DNA of 64,000 nucleotides, taken from assembly GCA_016200845.1 (NCBI GenBank), contig JACQDW010000067.1:8996-72995 (forward strand), in the 5' to 3' direction. Numbering within the stretch: position 1 is the first letter of the stretch; every line of letters begins with the position of its first letter. Below the pieces are notes generated by a model. It was not told where the DNA came from, did no database searches, and saw only the letters and a program-made list of their open reading frames with translations. This DNA comes from Burkholderiales bacterium. GTDB lineage: Bacteria; Pseudomonadota; Gammaproteobacteria; Burkholderiales; Burkholderiaceae_D. The position numbers and the translations under genes were made by a program. This document shows, piece by piece, positions 60,001 through 64,000 of the stretch.

Positions 60001-61107
60001 ATGAGCTTTTCAACGCAAGATCGGGCGTGGATGCAGCAAGCTTTAACGCTTGCGTCTAAGGCCACGATGGCAACCTCGCCTAACCCCAGAGTGGGTTGTT
60101 TGATTGTGAAAGACGGCCAGATCTTGGGGCAGGGTTATACCCAGCCTGTCGGGCAAGCGCATGCCGAAGTCATGGCTTTGCGCGATGCCGCCAGTCATGG
60201 CAAGGATGTGCGTGGCGCGACAGCGTATGTGACGCTGGAACCATGCAGCCATTTTGGACGCACACCGCCTTGTGCTAATGCCTTGATCGAGGCTGGTGTG
60301 GCGCGCGTGGTGGCAGCGTTGGAAGATGCGAATCCGCAGGTGGCTGGTCGCGGTTTTGCCTTATTGCGCGGTGCGGGCATCGCTGTTGAATATGGCCTGA
60401 TGGCGCACGAAGCGAGGGAAATGAATCTGGGATTTTTTAAGCGCATGGAAACAGGCATGCCGTGGGTACGCTTAAAAATGGCGGCAAGTCTGGATGGATT
60501 GACTGCGTTGCCAAATGGGCAGAGTCAATGGATTACCGATGCGGTAGCTAGAGAAGACGGCCATCGCTGGCGCGCCCGCGCTGATGCGATTATCACAGGA
60601 ATAGGCACCGTCTTGGCCGATGATCCGAATATGAATATCCGCTTACCTGAAGGCTCGGCGCATCAGCCACGTAAGTTTGTGCTGGACTCGCATTTGCGCA
60701 CGCCGGTCAACGCCAAGATACTGAGTGGTGCACCAGTCACCATCGTGCATAGCGTGCGTGACGAGCAATTGGAAAGCGCCTTGCAGCAAGCCGGAGCTCA
60801 CCTGCTGTGCCTGCCCGCCGAACAGGGGCAAATCGATTTGCCTGCTTTGATGTTGGCGTTAGGCGCGCAGCATATTAATGAAGTTCATCTGGAGGCGGGC
60901 GCAAAATTGAGTGGCGCTTTCATCACCGCGCAGTGTGTGGACGAGTTGATCGTTTATCTGGCACCTAAATTATTGGGCGCCGGAATGCCTATGTTTGCCT
61001 TACCTGCTTTGCAAACGGTGGCGCAGGCGACGCAATTGCATGTGGTGGATGTGAGGCAAGTGGGGACGGCGATACGGATAGTGGCGCGACCGCAATGCAC
61101 GAAATAA
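60001..61107 (+). CDS. ribD: Riboflavin biosynthesis deaminase/reductase
   Basis: PNPRVGC, HAE, TLEPCSHFGRTPPC, KMAASLDG, SQWIT. Confidence 0.95.
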   Translation: MSFSTQDRAWMQQALTLASKATMATSPNPRVGCLIVKDGQILGQGYTQPVGQAHAEVMALRDAASHGKDVRGATAYVTLEPCSHFGRTPPCANALIEAGVARVVAALEDANPQVAGRGFALLRGAGIAVEYGLMAHEAREMNLGFFKRMETGMPWVRLKMAASLDGLTALPNGQSQWITDAVAREDGHRWRARADAIITGIGTVLADDPNMNIRLPEGSAHQPRKFVLDSHLRTPVNAKILSGAPVTIVHSVRDEQLESALQQAGAHLLCLPAEQGQIDLPALMLALGAQHINEVHLEAGAKLSGAFITAQCVDELIVYLAPKLLGAGMPMFALPALQTVAQATQLHVVDVRQVGTAIRIVARPQCTK

Positions 61108-61139
61108 AAAAGCCGCATTGATTGCTCAATGCGGCTTTT
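61106..61139. terminator. Bidirectional intrinsic terminator between ribD and the tRNA
   Basis: AAAAAGCCGCATTGA-ttgc-TCAATGCGGCTTTTT. Confidence 0.85.
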
Positions 61140-61144
61140 AATTT

Positions 61145-61221
61145 TGGTCGGAGTACAAGGATTCGAACCTTGGACCCCCTGGTCCCAAACCAGGTGCGCT
61201 ACCGGGCTGCGCTACACTCCG
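61145..61221 (-). tRNA. tRNA-Pro (anticodon TGG)
   Basis: Reverse complement CGGAGTGTAGCGCAGCCCGGTAGCGCACCTGGTTTGGGACCAGGGGGTCCAAGGTTCGAATCCTTGTACTCCGACCA; cloverleaf, T-loop GTTCGAA, CCA end. Confidence 0.96.
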
Positions 61222-61296
61222 AGAAGCAGAATCATACTGTGTGCCGCTGTTCTTGTCAACCGCCCGCGCTGAGTGCCTTGCCTTTCGTCAGCACCT

Positions 61297-62190
61297 TCAT
61301 AATTCTTGTTCGCTGTCAAAGTGACGTATTGCTCCGGTGATGGGGTCGGTGAAACGTATGCTCTTGGCCAGCAATTGTAAAGGGCGTTGATAATCGTCGG
61401 AGCCGCTTGCATGCACGGTGGGATAAAACAAATCATTCACAATCGGCGCGCCGAGGCTGGCGAGATGGACGCGCAGTTGATGCTTCTTCCCTGTTGTCGG
61501 TTGCAATTGGTAGAGGGTGTTCGATCCGCGTCGCTCTAAAATATCGATCAGGGTTTCGCTGTTAGCATCGCCTTCGATTTCCTGCATGACGAAAAATCGT
61601 TCGCTTTCTATCATTCGGCTGCAGTGGCGATGGGGGAATTCTATGTGTGGTAAGTGAGGTGCCAACGCGTGATAGATTTTATGGATATCGCGTTGTTGAA
61701 ATAATTGTTGATAGGCGCCGCGACTTTGTGGGTTCACGGAAAATAAAATCACACCCGCGGTTTCTCTATCTAAACGGTGCAAGGGACTCAAGCTTGTGAT
61801 ACCCGTTGTCTGCTTGAGTCTCACTAGTAAAGTTTCGCGCAAATAGTGTCCGCCCGGTGTCACCGGCAAAAAATGCGGCTTGTCCGCCACTAATAAATGT
61901 TCGTCTTGATACAAGATACGTGCTTGAAATGGGATCGGTGTTTCATTCTCGACTTCTCGGTAATAGTAGAGACACATGCCGCGTTTGACGGCGCTGTTCT
62001 CTTGAAGAATATCCCCGTTGGCTGTGCGAATTTCTTGGCGTGCAAAGCGCGCGCGCCAGACTGCTTCACCCACATCGGGAAACTGAGCGCAAAAAAAAGC
62101 CAAAGCATGCGCCCACTGACCTTCTGGTAGCCAGATATAGCTGGGGCTGATGCCATCCTTGATGGGGAGGGGCGCGCAATGGGTAGTCAT
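61297..62190 (-). CDS. RluA-family pseudouridine synthase
   Basis: DKPHFLPV, HRLDRETAG, TGKKHQLRVH; start uncertain (ORF open to 62220). Confidence 0.9.
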   Translation of the reverse strand: MTTHCAPLPIKDGISPSYIWLPEGQWAHALAFFCAQFPDVGEAVWRARFARQEIRTANGDILQENSAVKRGMCLYYYREVENETPIPFQARILYQDEHLLVADKPHFLPVTPGGHYLRETLLVRLKQTTGITSLSPLHRLDRETAGVILFSVNPQSRGAYQQLFQQRDIHKIYHALAPHLPHIEFPHRHCSRMIESERFFVMQEIEGDANSETLIDILERRGSNTLYQLQPTTGKKHQLRVHLASLGAPIVNDLFYPTVHASGSDDYQRPLQLLAKSIRFTDPITGAIRHFDSEQEL

Positions 62191-62290
62191 GTGTTGTGGT
62201 TTGAAGAAAAGGGAGTTCATGTATGATGGCGTTTTATCTTGTCTGCAAACTGTGCGTCAAGATTCGTATGTTCAAACACCATATCGCTTT

Positions 62291-63112
62291 ATGCTTATCC
62301 CACCCATTTTAAGTCAATCTAACATCGCACTTACCAGAGAAATTCAGGTAAGCGACGAATTGGGGCGCTTGAGTTACCTCCATATTCCGGTGGAGCGCGA
62401 CTTGACGGTCTATGTCGATAAGCGGGAATTAGTGACCCTGATGACGATGGGTGGATGCCCGGAGTTGCTGGTGCTTGGCTATCTGCGCAATCAACGATTA
62501 CTGGCAACTGCCACGCACATCAAGTCGATACAAGTCGATTGTGACGTCGGTGCTGCGGTGGTGGTGACGCATCAGGGGATTTCACAGATCGAAGAGCGCA
62601 CTGCAAAAAAGATTGTGACGACAGGCTGCGGGCAGGGCACTGTCTTTGGCGAGCTGATGCAGGCACTCGATGAAATTCAATTGCCGCAAGATATGCAGAT
62701 CAGACAAACTCATCTGGTGAGCATCATCGAACAAATGCGACTGCATCCGTCTATCTACAAAAAAGCGGGCTCGGTGCACGCCTGTGCTTTATTTACGGTT
62801 CAGGGGCAGCACTTGCAGTTTGTTGAAGATGTGGGTAGGCATAATGCCGTCGATGCGATTGCCGGAAAAATGTGGCTGGATGAAAGCGGCGGTGCCGATA
62901 AAGTGCTCTACACCACAGGCAGGCTCACATCAGAAATGGTGATGAAGGGCGCGCAAATGGGAATTCCCATCTTGATGTCGCGTTCCGGCAGCACAGAAAT
63001 GGGTTACGAACTGGCGCAGAAATTGGGCATGACTTTGTTGACGCGTTGCACGGGTAAACATTTTCTGGTGCTGACGCAGCCACAAGCGGTGGTGCGCGAC
63101 GTTTTTGCTTGA
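62291..63112 (+). CDS. fdhD: Formate dehydrogenase accessory sulfurtransferase
   Basis: VTTGCGQG, GSVHACALF, EDVGRHNAVD, TGRLTSEMV.K. Confidence 0.88.
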   Translation: MLIPPILSQSNIALTREIQVSDELGRLSYLHIPVERDLTVYVDKRELVTLMTMGGCPELLVLGYLRNQRLLATATHIKSIQVDCDVGAAVVVTHQGISQIEERTAKKIVTTGCGQGTVFGELMQALDEIQLPQDMQIRQTHLVSIIEQMRLHPSIYKKAGSVHACALFTVQGQHLQFVEDVGRHNAVDAIAGKMWLDESGGADKVLYTTGRLTSEMVMKGAQMGIPILMSRSGSTEMGYELAQKLGMTLLTRCTGKHFLVLTQPQAVVRDVFA

Positions 63113-63284
63113 GCAAAATTAGTGCAATTCATGTAGAAATTTCCTTCATCTGCCAACCTCGACAGAAGTACGGCAGGTATCTTCTCTGAGCGCAAAACGG
63201 TAAAATAGCGTTTTTGACTCTTACGCGCTCCTTTTTGTCTTCGTGTTAAATCAATCGCGACTGCCACAAAAAACGCCCTGCATC

Positions 63285-64000
63285 ATGACCGTTTCTCATT
63301 TGCCCGCTCCAACGACACCTGTTCGCACCCGTTTTGCCCCTAGCCCCACTGGCTATCTGCATGTCGGCGGTGCCCGTACTGCACTTTTTAGTTGGGCGTT
63401 TGCGCGCCACTTTGGCGGCACTTTTGTCTTGCGTATCGAAGACACTGATTTAGAGCGCTCTACACCAGAAGCAGTGCAAGCGATTTTGGATGGCATGAAT
63501 TGGCTGGGTTTGCAGCACGACGAAGGTCCGTTTTATCAAATGAAGCGCATGGATCGCTATTGCGAAGTGTTGGCAAAAATGTTGGCCGATGGCACGGCCT
63601 ATCATTGCTATTGCTCGCCTGAAGAAGTAGAAGCCATGCGCGAGCGTCAACGTGCCGCAGGCGAAAAACCGCGCTATGACGGCACCTGGCGTCCGCAAGA
63701 GGGCAAAGTATTACCGGCGATTCCTCCTGACCGTAAGCCTGTGATCCGCTTTAAAAATCCACTCGATGGTGAAGTCAGCTGGAATGACGTGGTCAAAGGT
63801 CCCATTACCATCGCCAATCGCGAACTCGACGATCTGGTGATCGCCCGTCCCGATGGAACGCCGACCTATAATTTCTGCGTCGCAGTCGATGACAGCGATA
63901 TGCAAATCACCCACGTGATTCGTGGTGATGATCACGTCAATAATACGCCGCGCCAAATCAATATTTTGAATGCACTCGGCGCGCCTTTGCCTTACTACGG
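63285..64000 (+). CDS. gltX: Glutamate--tRNA ligase, 3'-truncated by the window edge (absent from the ORF track)
   Basis: Translates from ATG 63285 as [37 protein letters not shown]...LRIEDTD...[10 protein letters not shown]. Confidence 0.95.
   Translation, partial: MTVSHLPAPTTPVRTRFAPSPTGYLHVGGARTALFSWAFARHFGGTFVLRIEDTDLERSTPEAVQAILDGMNWLGLQHDEGPFYQMKRMDRYCEVLAKMLADGTAYHCYCSPEEVEAMRERQRAAGEKPRYDGTWRPQEGKVLPAIPPDRKPVIRFKNPLDGEVSWNDVVKGPITIANRELDDLVIARPDGTPTYNFCVAVDDSDMQITHVIRGDDHVNNTPRQINILNALGAPLPYY

Noticed and set aside
61145-61300. tRNA-Pro as an integration site of an island
   Set aside because: Flanked by housekeeping genes; no duplicated tRNA 3' end or integrase seen

Overview
Chromosomal window from a betaproteobacterium; gene content and repeat families point to Oxalobacteraceae, probably Undibacterium-like (inference, no database search). 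Housekeeping blocks: a MacB/FtsX-type ABC exporter operon, ribA, pstSCAB-phoU-phoBR with Pho boxes, aminopeptidase P, metG, apbC-ribD, tRNA-Pro(TGG), a pseudouridine synthase, fdhD and a partial gltX. Accessory blocks: (i) a run of short orphan-like genes at 4.1-8.4 kb, including a Rieske-fold protein that has lost all four Fe-S ligands but kept the disulfide cysteines; (ii) two tandem BSP/PR-17-like HExxH proteins, an Oar-type TonB-dependent receptor and a lipoprotein GH18 chitinase, with a 34-bp inverted motif pair in the divergent promoter; (iii) a LiaF-like/LytS/LytTR module with direct-repeat operators; (iv) an HD-GYP/FIST(NosP-like)/hybrid kinase operon; (v) a MipA/PrcB-domain cluster flanked by an OmpR-family regulator and a broken kinase. 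The most distinctive non-coding signal is a set of 100-160 bp fold-back elements. Two share a 52-nt core with compensatory changes yet have unrelated terminal inverted repeats, and a third shares their apical hairpin. I saw no CRISPR array, transposase, integrase, reverse transcriptase or recognisable phage-defence operon. Product calls rest on motif recognition by eye.
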